From Erwinia phage PhiEaH1, in the sequence record KF623294.1: a stretch of 40,000 nt of DNA. One strand, given 5' to 3'. The position numbers were made by a program, and so were the translations under genes. How positions within the stretch are numbered: position 1 is the stretch's first letter; every line of letters starts with the position of its first letter. Of this stretch, positions 9,366-18,798 are shown one piece after another. Under the pieces are notes generated by a model. The model searched no databases. It was not told the origin of the DNA and saw only the letters and a list, made by a program, of their open reading frames with translations.

Positions 9366-10774
9366 TAGTGAGCCCGTCCATACATTAAGTTGTTAATGGT
9401 TGCTAGTACTGGCACACCCAGCCCCATGTTGGAAGTCATGGCGTTAGGTTTGTTCAGGTCGGCCAGACCAGATTCCGGGGACAGCTTCCGTGCAACTTTC
9501 CAGTCTTCATGAGAGAGGACCGGTTTTCCGCCCAACTGGTCGCCATCGAAGTCGGCGTTCGGACTGCGCAGTACATGCACCGAGAGAGAAATCGTGTTGT
9601 CGTGGATATTACTTTTAATCTCTGTTACGTACAGCGCCTGAATGGAGCGTAAGTTCAGAGTTGGGTTTCGGCCAAGAAGTATTGGTAACCCTTTATATCC
9701 CGATTCGCGTTTCAGTTCCTCGAAGATGTCGTGTAGCCCTGCATCGTATCGACTCATGGCTTGTATCAGGTAACCGCGTGCGCTGTTTGGCGTATAACCC
9801 CGGCGCAACAGTTTACTGATGAGTTGCGGCATATACACTGCAATGGCCATTGCCCACGGCAAGTGTATTTCGTCGTAGTCGTGCACACCCGCCAGCGAGG
9901 TAATTACCCCACGGAATGACGGACCGTCACGCGTACCGACAACCTGCTTACGAATCCACCCTTCCTTTTGTCCGATAATCTTCTTGTCCACGAATACGCG
10001 GAAGTCAATCATCATCTGGAGCGAACGGAACACATGGTATTCTTTTCGCGCCAACGACATGGTGTCTTCTTGTCCCACGATACTGTACAACGCACGCGCA
10101 GCATCGACAATCGTGAACATACTTTTCACGGCGGTCTTTGCACGGGTTGATGTTTCAGTGATAATGGAACGTTTGTTTGGCAGGGGAAGATGCTTCGGGA
10201 ACAACACATGGCGGTTCTCTTTGATGCACGTATAGACATCGCGGCGACGCTGCATGTTGTTCTTAAAGATTCGGGCCGCCATCAGCGTTTCCAGAATCTC
10301 ATCGAAGTTATCAATGAAATGGTTGTACCCACGGGGAATGTTTAACGCCATAAACTGCCGATAGACAATGCTGTTCGGGTCGTCAAACTTGTAGCGCGGA
10401 TTACACAACCATTCGATGGCACTGAACCCTTCTTGCGTGAACGCTTCGAGTAGCATCCCGAGCAAGTTAGGTCGGATAAAGGCTCGCACACCTTTCGGCG
10501 TTTGTAGCCACACGTCAGAATAGAATCCACGTTCCATCACTGACAGGACTTCATCTCCACAACGCTCACACACTTTAAGATGACGTCCGCGACTGTGACC
10601 ACATCCACACGTTGGCATTGTGTCAATGTAATCGCAATCGTACTCCGTAACCATCAAAGCCTTTACCACGTCGATACCTTCAACACCGGCATGGTATTGG
10701 TTCAGGATTATCGGCTCGCGCGGCAATCGTTTAATGTCTTCATCGAAGTCCGGGTTGATTAGAAATATACCCAT
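9365..10774 (-). CDS. DNA-directed RNA polymerase beta' subunit, N-terminal half (phage multisubunit RNAP)
   Basis: Cys cluster CGCGHSRGRHLKVCERCGDEV like the beta' zinc-binding region, and VHVLRSPNADFDGDQL catalytic NADFDGD motif. Confidence 0.88.
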   Translation of the reverse strand: MGIFLINPDFDEDIKRLPREPIILNQYHAGVEGIDVVKALMVTEYDCDYIDTMPTCGCGHSRGRHLKVCERCGDEVLSVMERGFYSDVWLQTPKGVRAFIRPNLLGMLLEAFTQEGFSAIEWLCNPRYKFDDPNSIVYRQFMALNIPRGYNHFIDNFDEILETLMAARIFKNNMQRRRDVYTCIKENRHVLFPKHLPLPNKRSIITETSTRAKTAVKSMFTIVDAARALYSIVGQEDTMSLARKEYHVFRSLQMMIDFRVFVDKKIIGQKEGWIRKQVVGTRDGPSFRGVITSLAGVHDYDEIHLPWAMAIAVYMPQLISKLLRRGYTPNSARGYLIQAMSRYDAGLHDIFEELKRESGYKGLPILLGRNPTLNLRSIQALYVTEIKSNIHDNTISLSVHVLRSPNADFDGDQLGGKPVLSHEDWKVARKLSPESGLADLNKPNAMTSNMGLGVPVLATINNLMYGRAH

Positions 10775-10814
10775 TTCTCTCTAACCTCTTATGGCTTTTT
10801 CGGTACGAAAAGAC

Positions 10815-10848
10815 AAAAAAGAAGGGGACGCGAAGTCCCCTCTTTTTT
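10815..10848 (-). terminator. Terminator
   Basis: GGGGAC-gcgaa-GTCCCC stem with flanking A-run and T-run. Confidence 0.8.
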
Positions 10849-10861
10849 ATCGCACTACAAC

Positions 10862-12832
10862 TTAGCGACCGAAGCCGTAACCGCCACGAGAGTTGAAGGT
10901 GTTACCGTTGTAGTTACCGGAACCGCCGAAACGGTTGTCGAAGTAACCACGACGAACGCTGTCTTGCAGCAGACCTTCAGTCGGGATGGTCAGGCCAGCT
11001 TTATCCACCGCCTGAGTCAGTTTGTACAGCCAGTCAGGGTTAATCTGAACCAGGTACGCATGACCAGTGATGGTGTAGCTGCCGGTAACGGAAGCGATGA
11101 TTTCTTCCATTTTCGCCAGACGTGCTTCTTCGCTGATGTTGCGGTTCCAGCACGCGTCATCCCACATGGCAATCGCTTCGAGGTCGCGGTTCTTCGCCAG
11201 ACCGAAGTGGGTCATCATGAAGAAACGGTCCAGTTCACGCAGGTCACGGATACGACCTTTAGAATCGGTCCAGTGGCCCAGCAGGATGATGCGCTCTTCC
11301 AGAGCACCGAACGGAGTAGCTTCATCGAGGTAATCTTCGATGACGCCGCCGGTCAGACGGTGTGCCGCTTCCCACAGCTGGATACGAGCCTGGCGGTGGT
11401 TCGGGTGCTTATCGTCAGCCGCTTCCAGGTACAGACGCTGGGTACGCGTTTGCAGGCCGGATTTTTCGATGTGCAGGAAGACGTTCAGAGAATCTTCCTG
11501 AACGACCGCTTCGTTCAGCTCAGCCCACTCAACTTCTGATGGGTCAGCTGGAATCGGCGGGTCAAACTCGACCAGCTGCTCAACTTCCAGAGCACGTGCA
11601 TCACGCAGGTCGGCAGAATCGCCAACCGGGCGCAGAGATTTCACCAGGCAGTCTTCACGCATCAGAGCCGATACGGTGGACAGCCCCAGCAGGTTCATCT
11701 CGGTAGTGAAGTTGTTGTTGGACGCAATCTTGGTCAGGTTCAGACCCAGTGCGTAGATGTCCAGCTCATCAACTTCACGACGACGTGCACGGCTACCGCC
11801 ACGACGACGACCGCCATCTTTTGGACCCAGGTAGATGTAGTCGGTGAAACCGTCAATCTGCACCAGGTTAGAGTTACGGTTACCTTCCAGGGCGTTTACC
11901 TGACCTTTGCGGCCCGCAGGACCGGTAGTGACTTGCAGAGACAGGTCACGACGCAGTGGTTCGCCAAAGACGGTAGAGTCATCACCCGGTGCGTAAGTTA
12001 CGCGACCGCTGACTTCGTAGTTCTCTGGAATGATATCTTCCAGCTTGAACTGGTGGTCACCCTGAGTCAGCTCATCGTACATGCTGTACGCTGCGGTGTT
12101 AATCAGGTTGGTGATAACTTCATCCACTTCACGCTCGGAGTAACCGAAGGTGACTGGAACGGTTACCGCACCGAAGAGGACAACCGGTACATCAGCACCC
12201 AGGCCAACGTTTTTCTGCACCTGATTGATGACGGAACCTTTGAAGCCTTCGGTCCACACATCGCTCGGTACCGCAGAGAACACGTAACGGCGCTGACCTT
12301 CAGTCACTTCCTGCTTAGGCAGCTGCTGGCGACCCATCATGACCGCAGTGATTGCGCCGACGAATTTCACGTCGCCGTAGGTAAAGGCCGCAGCCAGGAC
12401 AACTGAGTCCAGCTGGAAACCAGTCAGATGACCCGGAACCGGAATCAGCTGCCACTTAGTTTTGCCACCCATGCTCAGACGGTTTTTGTTCGCTTCGAGG
12501 AACTTGTTACCCGCGTCGATGAATTTACCCATCTCGTCGCCGCCAGCGGCAGACTGAATCAGCGGTTGACCAGGATTGAACATGTTCAGGATATCGTTCA
12601 TTGCAGTTTTCCCTTTATAGGCTTCTGTATTAGTTTCGGTTTGTGGTACATGACGAGCTGCGACAACTTCTTCTTCGTGAGGAGTTGACGCTTGGGTATT
12701 CGGTTGCTGCTGCGAGTGCTTTTTGGCACTCTGGTGTTGGCGATACTGAGCTAACGGGTTAGGCGGGTTTTGGCGTTTACCTTCACCTTCATCCTTATTA
12801 CCGTGTTCACTATCACCAGAATTCCAACCCAT
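10862..12832 (-). CDS. Large conserved phage protein of unknown function (656 aa, or 579 aa from the internal start at 12601)
   Basis: Long ORF; RGG/aromatic tail NRFGGSGNYNGNTFNSRGGYGFGR; both ATG 12832 (AAGGAG SD) and ATG 12601 (AAAGGG SD) look usable. Confidence 0.85.
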   Translation of the reverse strand: MGWNSGDSEHGNKDEGEGKRQNPPNPLAQYRQHQSAKKHSQQQPNTQASTPHEEEVVAARHVPQTETNTEAYKGKTAMNDILNMFNPGQPLIQSAAGGDEMGKFIDAGNKFLEANKNRLSMGGKTKWQLIPVPGHLTGFQLDSVVLAAAFTYGDVKFVGAITAVMMGRQQLPKQEVTEGQRRYVFSAVPSDVWTEGFKGSVINQVQKNVGLGADVPVVLFGAVTVPVTFGYSEREVDEVITNLINTAAYSMYDELTQGDHQFKLEDIIPENYEVSGRVTYAPGDDSTVFGEPLRRDLSLQVTTGPAGRKGQVNALEGNRNSNLVQIDGFTDYIYLGPKDGGRRRGGSRARRREVDELDIYALGLNLTKIASNNNFTTEMNLLGLSTVSALMREDCLVKSLRPVGDSADLRDARALEVEQLVEFDPPIPADPSEVEWAELNEAVVQEDSLNVFLHIEKSGLQTRTQRLYLEAADDKHPNHRQARIQLWEAAHRLTGGVIEDYLDEATPFGALEERIILLGHWTDSKGRIRDLRELDRFFMMTHFGLAKNRDLEAIAMWDDACWNRNISEEARLAKMEEIIASVTGSYTITGHAYLVQINPDWLYKLTQAVDKAGLTIPTEGLLQDSVRRGYFDNRFGGSGNYNGNTFNSRGGYGFGR

Positions 12833-13083
12833 TTCATTTCTCCTTAAACGTACTGTGACGTTACGGTCCTTAGAGAACCTTCTATGAATTTAGCTTTTCC
12901 GGAAAGACTAAACGTTCGAATCAATTCCTATAAAGGACTCAATTCACTACAGTAATGTATGCCTGAAAAAAGTTTCAAAAGGCACTTACTCCCGTTAATC
13001 CAGCATTGCCATTCTGGATGGCAATACTTTCTACATAAGATATATACAGTAACGTAAAAAATGATTACTGTACTGGGGGCGTC

Positions 13084-14157
13084 ATGTTTGAACTCTTTAG
13101 TCAGAAAACTCACGGCAATTCATCACTCCACGTTTCACCCCGACACGAGTACGTTTCCTCACGCTTTGATGAAGCTTACGTTCGGTTGGCGCACTACTTC
13201 CGGAAATCGGTAAGAACGGTGGAGTCGGACAATCTGCTGTGTCAGGTCATCCACCATGCAAACGTCGTGTACACGGGTAATGATGAGCAGTACTACTACG
13301 CCGTCGCCAGTCGCGTGGAAAAGATTGCCACTGCTTTGCGACTGAACACAGCTGTTCACAAAAGTGGACCGCTAGTAAAAAATCACTTCTACGGTTCGGA
13401 CGTGACCGAGTACGTTCTGGCGGTGACCCGTGGTTACCCAACAGGATTGGATGCCGGGAAGTACTGGCAGTCGTTCCAACCGTTACAGGCGGTTTCCCAC
13501 CCGTACAGTGACCTCAACATGAACCCCCGTAACGGCAGCGAAACCGTTGGCGTTAAAGGTGTTGCGGTCCTGACCCTGGATGTACCGTTGTTGATGCTTC
13601 AATACACCCGCTGGCGTTTGTACTGCGAGAAGTATCTGGACCAACAACCGGACATCGCCCAGTTCGTGTTCCAGTATCCGGTGGTAAACCTGATACCGTC
13701 TGACACGGACGTTTGCTACTTTAACCAGTTACGCAACGCCGCGCAAGGTCGCCCCAATGTACCGCAGAAACGGCGCTATGGGTTAGGCCTGAACGACGTC
13801 ACCAACTTCGTGGAGAAAGAGCAAGCCGAGTTTCTGAAGGAAGCCATCAGTAGCAATGCTTCCATCATGGACCTGGCGTTGGGTACACCGATGGTGTTCA
13901 GTGAAACCCTGTGGGACTTCTTGCAGTTACCCCCTGGCGTGTACACGAACAAGAACTCCGGACTCTGGTTGCTCGGGTACCTGCCGTATCTGGCGTATCT
14001 GGTACAACTCAGTAAGAAAGCGGGCAGCAACGATAACACCGCGGCTGCCGCTTATCTCAAGAAGAAGTACCGTTACTTCAAGAACGCCGGGTTCCTCAGT
14101 TCCTATCCGGGCATCGAGAAAGAAATAGATGAAGAAGTGATTAACTATCTAACATGA
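13084..14157 (+). CDS. Conserved phage protein of unknown function, possibly virion-associated (357 aa)
   Basis: Rightward ORF with GGGGGC before ATG, in a divergent arrangement with the 10862..12832 gene. Confidence 0.75.
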   Translation: MFELFSQKTHGNSSLHVSPRHEYVSSRFDEAYVRLAHYFRKSVRTVESDNLLCQVIHHANVVYTGNDEQYYYAVASRVEKIATALRLNTAVHKSGPLVKNHFYGSDVTEYVLAVTRGYPTGLDAGKYWQSFQPLQAVSHPYSDLNMNPRNGSETVGVKGVAVLTLDVPLLMLQYTRWRLYCEKYLDQQPDIAQFVFQYPVVNLIPSDTDVCYFNQLRNAAQGRPNVPQKRRYGLGLNDVTNFVEKEQAEFLKEAISSNASIMDLALGTPMVFSETLWDFLQLPPGVYTNKNSGLWLLGYLPYLAYLVQLSKKAGSNDNTAAAAYLKKKYRYFKNAGFLSSYPGIEKEIDEEVINYLT

Positions 14158-16291
14158 ACGCCTCATCACGGGTGACCATGTCCATCACTAACTTCGACTG
14201 TTTCTCGTCAAAGCAGTAGAACTCCAGGGATTCCAGCACGAGGTAGAACGGGCTCATGGCTTTCGCCACAATTTTACGCACGTCAATCACGGGCAGGACT
14301 TCCTTGGGGATTCCCACGGACAGGATAATGGCTTCAGGAAGAAGCATCTCTCCCACGTACGACTTCCCACGACTGGCTAACCACGCCGTCATCTCATCAG
14401 CCGCTGTGCGGTTCGACCAGGTCGCTATCCACTGTTCGGTCTTACGTTTGGTATCCGGTGTGATACTGAACGACAAGGCGGAATACGGAGGCGGTTCACA
14501 GGCACCGTAGTTCGGTGCGAATACCCGTTGCCACATTTCGTAGTTAATGAAGCGAGAGTTCTCGGTTGAGTACCCTTCCTCTTCGTTCACACGCGCGGTC
14601 TTCAGGTAGTCTGTTTCCCCACTCATCACACTTTCCATTACCGTATATTCCCAACGCGCTACCATCCGGAGTATCTTGTGGATGGACACCGGTTCGTCAT
14701 GCGTGACCGAGTCGATGATGTAGTGCAGTACGCCGTCCAGGTCTTTACGAATAACCGGCGGTAAGTTCGAGGCAATCAGTTCTACGCCTTTACGTTCAAA
14801 GTCGTATTCCTTGAAGATAACCCCTTCCTGCACGGCCATGTTCGCAAAGTAGTGTTTCGCCCGCGAGGTCAGGACAAACACCGGGAACAGGTATTCGTTC
14901 TTCATCGACAGACGGAACAGTTCTTTCGGGTCAGTCACCCCGATGTTCGAAACCATGGTGGCCAGGTTATGGGTCGTGGTCTGCGAAATCAGGAAGCCGA
15001 AGGTTTCTGCCACGATGATGTTAGCGTGGTTGATGGTATCGTTACCCGAGTACCAACGTACCCAATCCTGCACCGTAAAGATGGCGGAGTCGGTATCGGA
15101 CCCCACGGTCACTTTACGGATACTGGACGGGAAGTCAGCAATCAGGAACGGGATATTACGCGTGGTGTGGAATGCATCAATAATCCGACGGTGGTCATGC
15201 AGACACTGCGTAATCTCGTAGCAGGAGCTACCGATTAACCCAAAGTTCGGGTCGTTACGCAATTCCGGGTTGTCCAGTTCTTCACGTCCCAGGATATCCG
15301 GATAGATAACCTTCACCTGGTTAATGATGTCACCGTCTACTTTCTTCAGCCAGTCTTCGTGGTCCGGTACAATGCGCGAGGCACGACAAGACAACCGGTC
15401 AATCCAAGTACGCACCAGTTCTTCGTTATACAGACGCAGGTGGTAGAAGTCCCCCATGTACATGACGGCGGCACGTTCTTCCGGTTCCATATTGCGCACA
15501 AAACGCTCAATGTTGACCAGACCCACGCGACCACTCCAGTACGGTTCGATAGACCGCTCCACCATTTGCATGACTTCGTCAGGCGAGGGCATATGGAGAC
15601 GGTGATGCTCGCACGCGTCACGGACCATGGTAAAGTCGGTGAGGTCGAGTATCGAGGCAAAGTTATTTATCACCACCTCCGGGGAGTAGTAGTGTCGGTT
15701 ACCTGCCAGGAACCGTTCGTTATGACTGTTCGCCACGCCGTTCGCAATACGGCAACTGGAGGTCAGTATCGGGTGAGTCGGACGGTCAACCAGATGCGAG
15801 TGTTCTGAACGGTGGTTACCGGAGATGGCGTTGTTCAGAATCTTTTTGTTGTTCTGGTTGTTCTTGTGCAAAGTCGCTTTGAACGCGTCACCGCGGTTCT
15901 TGGCAATCATCTGCTTATGTTTTTCTTCGTTACGGTCTGCCAAGTTACCCTTGATGTATTTGGATAACTTCGATTCACGAATCCACGGCGGGAGAACGAC
16001 CGATAACGTTGGGGCAATGTAATAGCGGTTCTTGATAACGTAGTCGAGGTACTGGGTGAACGGATACGCTTTCTTCGAGCGGTCCCCCTCCTCGTCTCGT
16101 TCCAGGACGCAGACCAGTGGGTCCTTCATCTGACTTTGCAGTTCCTGAATCACGAACACGCGACATTCGTCCATTTCTACCCCAGTCGATTTCGACAGGT
16201 AGATGGCGCTTTGTTCCACGTACGCCCGACGAATATCCAAATCGCGGCTATATTGCTCAGCCGTGCGGTTAAACGGGTTGGTTGGTTCCAT
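14141..16291 (-). CDS. Family-B-like DNA polymerase, C-terminal catalytic region
   Basis: ORF track 14141..16456; likely ATG at 16291 (716 aa). KKILNNAISGN resembles motif B (Kx3NSxYG); VTVGSDTDSAIF matches motif C (DTDS). Confidence 0.7.
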   Translation of the reverse strand: MEPTNPFNRTAEQYSRDLDIRRAYVEQSAIYLSKSTGVEMDECRVFVIQELQSQMKDPLVCVLERDEEGDRSKKAYPFTQYLDYVIKNRYYIAPTLSVVLPPWIRESKLSKYIKGNLADRNEEKHKQMIAKNRGDAFKATLHKNNQNNKKILNNAISGNHRSEHSHLVDRPTHPILTSSCRIANGVANSHNERFLAGNRHYYSPEVVINNFASILDLTDFTMVRDACEHHRLHMPSPDEVMQMVERSIEPYWSGRVGLVNIERFVRNMEPEERAAVMYMGDFYHLRLYNEELVRTWIDRLSCRASRIVPDHEDWLKKVDGDIINQVKVIYPDILGREELDNPELRNDPNFGLIGSSCYEITQCLHDHRRIIDAFHTTRNIPFLIADFPSSIRKVTVGSDTDSAIFTVQDWVRWYSGNDTINHANIIVAETFGFLISQTTTHNLATMVSNIGVTDPKELFRLSMKNEYLFPVFVLTSRAKHYFANMAVQEGVIFKEYDFERKGVELIASNLPPVIRKDLDGVLHYIIDSVTHDEPVSIHKILRMVARWEYTVMESVMSGETDYLKTARVNEEEGYSTENSRFINYEMWQRVFAPNYGACEPPPYSALSFSITPDTKRKTEQWIATWSNRTAADEMTAWLASRGKSYVGEMLLPEAIILSVGIPKEVLPVIDVRKIVAKAMSPFYLVLESLEFYCFDEKQSKLVMDMVTRDEAFMLDS

Positions 16292-16355
16292 TGTACAGGT
16301 CCTGTAGTCCGATACTTTTGTTCTACACCATGACAGGAGAAAATAAAAAATAAAT

Positions 16356-16379
16356 GGGGGACCGAAGCCCCCCGCTTTA
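16356..16379 (-). terminator. Terminator-like hairpin
   Basis: GGGGGaccgaaGCCCCCC with flanking AT runs. Confidence 0.65.
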
Positions 16380-16802
16380 TTACTCGAAGTTGATGGTAAA
16401 GTCGCTGATGTCCACTGACGAAATTGCCAGACGGAGTTCAGCCAACTTCGCATCACTCAAGTTAGGGAAGTAACCCACGGCATTGCGGGTAGATTCGACC
16501 GTAATACTGTCGGCACGAATCCACGGAATCCCCACCACTAACTTCGTCGTCGGGTCGCCTGCCGGGGTAACTACCAGGTACTGGTAACTGGCGTAGTCCA
16601 ATGGGATTTGTCCACGGGGGACGTTCTCATCAGCAATCACCTGGCCATGTACTGCGGCAGCATCGAAGTTGAAGTACTTCGTGGTATCCGCAGACACTTG
16701 GTCGGTTACCTTGACACGATTGAAGGGTCCACCTGCCAATGTGGAGTAACACTGGAAGGAGATGGTATCCCCAATTTTGAACTTGTCGAGAATCAGGCTC
16801 AC
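16380..16802 (-). CDS. Small phage protein, predicted beta-rich; probable GTG start (VSLILDKFKIGDTISF)
   Basis: The GTG start overlaps the upstream TGA stop (GTGA), typical translational coupling. Confidence 0.65.
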   Translation of the reverse strand: MSLILDKFKIGDTISFQCYSTLAGGPFNRVKVTDQVSADTTKYFNFDAAAVHGQVIADENVPRGQIPLDYASYQYLVVTPAGDPTTKLVVGIPWIRADSITVESTRNAVGYFPNLSDAKLAELRLAISSVDISDFTINFE

Positions 16803-17182
16803 TGCAACACCCCTTTGAATCGGTAGACTATACACAGAGAAGGGCCGGTAATCGGTTCAACCTTGTAACTATAGTTCTCGCCAATCGGAAGTTTGTAATG
16901 TTCGCTGATACCGTTGACAATGCGTTTCAACACAGAGACCCACACGTCGTCGTAGTTGCCCCAGGCGTCGTGCGGTGAACTGCCCTCCAAAAGCACGCGC
17001 ATCTGCGTGGTCACCCAACTTACGGCCATTTGGGCAGCCAACATCGGCGGCATGTCAGGGTCGTCTTTCAGGTACTCCCGGCCGACACCGTCGACCAGGT
17101 ACGGAAACAGGTTACAATCACAGAGGACCGCGTTAGGGGTTTCCGTGATGTTGATTTCCGGTACTTTTCTTTTTTTGCTCAT
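16799..17182 (-). CDS. Hypothetical protein (127 aa)
   Basis: Coupled ORF in a leftward block. Confidence 0.65.
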   Translation of the reverse strand: MSKKRKVPEINITETPNAVLCDCNLFPYLVDGVGREYLKDDPDMPPMLAAQMAVSWVTTQMRVLLEGSSPHDAWGNYDDVWVSVLKRIVNGISEHYKLPIGENYSYKVEPITGPSLCIVYRFKGVLQ

Positions 17183-17577
17183 CTGCGAACGTACCTCACC
17201 ACGATGGTTTGGGCTTTGAACAGAAACTTCCAGTCTGTCACCACCAGGACGTTTCGAGCGTCATCGGCGGCCACTTCATCCCACTGCTTCCGGAACATGT
17301 CAATGATACGGACTTGCGCGTCGTAAAGGACCGTACGATACCACTCTTGTTCGCCCCGGTCGCTACTGCACCAGGTACAAGCTGTTTCCCACTCACCGCC
17401 CTGATTAGTCAGGGCTTGACGGAGCGCCCCTCCTAACCAGAGGTCGTAGTTGATGTGACAGCCCATGGGGGCCATCTCTACGACGTCATCGAGGAGCTCA
17501 AAGGCGCGCATACATTCAAATATTTGAACGCCGCTGCTACTTGGCTCTTTCATAAATACCTCAGCGCTCGACAGCAA
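17179..17577 (-). CDS. Hypothetical protein; likely start MKEPSSSGVQ
   Basis: Coupled ORF in a leftward block; GAGG SD upstream of the internal Met. Confidence 0.6.
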   Translation of the reverse strand: MLSSAEVFMKEPSSSGVQIFECMRAFELLDDVVEMAPMGCHINYDLWLGGALRQALTNQGGEWETACTWCSSDRGEQEWYRTVLYDAQVRIIDMFRKQWDEVAADDARNVLVVTDWKFLFKAQTIVVRYVRR

Positions 17578-17989
17578 TACTCACGGCAATCCCTACCCCC
17601 AGTAACTCCGCCCCCTGCACTTCATAATCCATACGGCGGAAGTTGAAGTTAAAGTGGTCAAGGCTACCCAAGAGACCGGGTTCGATTACTGCACACAAAT
17701 CACATATGGAATTAGCGCGTTCTTCCGAAAGGTCTTGCAGGTGGTCCATCAAGAAGATTTTCTCATCACGGTACACATGACGAAGAACTTCCTCGACGGC
17801 ATCTTGCAGGTCTTCGAACCAACCGCTGTCCGGTGCTTTCTCGTACGCCATGACAGCTTCGGTTGCCATCTTGATGGCTTCTGAAACAGTGAACTCATCC
17901 AGGTACCGGCGGACGAACTCACGTATCTCACTGCGCGACAGATTAGTGTCAAAGGAGAACACTTCAACACGATGTAAAAATGAACTCAT
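17561..17989 (-). CDS. Hypothetical protein (142 aa)
   Basis: Overlapping coupled ORF, GGAG SD. Confidence 0.65.
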   Translation of the reverse strand: MSSFLHRVEVFSFDTNLSRSEIREFVRRYLDEFTVSEAIKMATEAVMAYEKAPDSGWFEDLQDAVEEVLRHVYRDEKIFLMDHLQDLSEERANSICDLCAVIEPGLLGSLDHFNFNFRRMDYEVQGAELLGVGIAVSIAVER

Positions 17990-17999
17990 ATACTCTCCG

Positions 18000-18374
18000 T
18001 TAAAACGGTTTGTCGCTTTCGTCCCACTCGAACGCCTTGACTCGAATACCCGTGCTTGTATAAGAAACGTCTACAATGGTTGCATCGGGATAATGACGTC
18101 GGATGACCGCTGTCTTGTACGACTCCCAGAGAGCCTGGGCGAATCGCTGGACATCGAGGAGTTCAACACTCCCCAAATCATCCAGGCGATTACGTACAAT
18201 TTGAATCTGGTAACCGATTTCATCTAACCAGTCTCGGTTAGGGTGACGATGAGCATAAAGGAATGAGGACCACGCTACCGTGTGCAAGACGCGGTAGTGT
18301 GGGGAACGTAGTAGTCGCTGATGGGTTCTATCAACCCGATACGACGATGGTAGGACTATCCGAATGGTTCTCAT
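18000..18374 (-). CDS. Hypothetical protein (124 aa)
   Basis: Coupled ORF in a leftward block. Confidence 0.65.
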   Translation of the reverse strand: MRTIRIVLPSSYRVDRTHQRLLRSPHYRVLHTVAWSSFLYAHRHPNRDWLDEIGYQIQIVRNRLDDLGSVELLDVQRFAQALWESYKTAVIRRHYPDATIVDVSYTSTGIRVKAFEWDESDKPF

Positions 18375-18787
18375 CGTGGTTCAAACCTCACGACCAGAAT
18401 CCCTCGGGCGAAGTCAGGGGCGACCCTGACCTCCTTGATGTCTTGTACTCGGTCCGCGTAATTGTGGGTTTTGTTCCGCAACCATTTGGCCACCTGGTGT
18501 ATCTCGCGATACACCTTCCCACGAATCTGCTCCACTTCGGATTCGGTCAGGTTATGACTGTCAATCCTCAGTTGGTCACAAATGGCTTCTTCCACGTAGT
18601 CGGCCAATTCGTAATACAGACTCATGCGCATATGGAGCCGGTCCTCGCTTTTCGCAGTGATGAAAGAAGCGAGAACCGCGGCTTTGCAGAACGTTCGGGA
18701 GCCGATAAACGATTTCATCGCGTACTCCCCGATATCACGGTTACGTATGGCGATGTCAATGAGTTCTATTTCTTGACGTCTAGACAT
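18371..18787 (-). CDS. Hypothetical protein (138 aa)
   Basis: 4-nt-type overlap with the downstream gene. Confidence 0.65.
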   Translation of the reverse strand: MSRRQEIELIDIAIRNRDIGEYAMKSFIGSRTFCKAAVLASFITAKSEDRLHMRMSLYYELADYVEEAICDQLRIDSHNLTESEVEQIRGKVYREIHQVAKWLRNKTHNYADRVQDIKEVRVAPDFARGILVVRFEPR

Positions 18788-18798
18788 ATAACCCCTGC

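Noticed and set aside
11362-11706. Pro/Gly-rich forward ORF
   Set aside because: Antisense of the 656-aa gene with low-complexity translation.
13084-14157. PSDTDVCYF in the rightward gene considered as a polymerase DTD motif
   Set aside because: No motif A or B context and no DTDS-type palm strand; the adjacent leftward gene is the real polymerase candidate.
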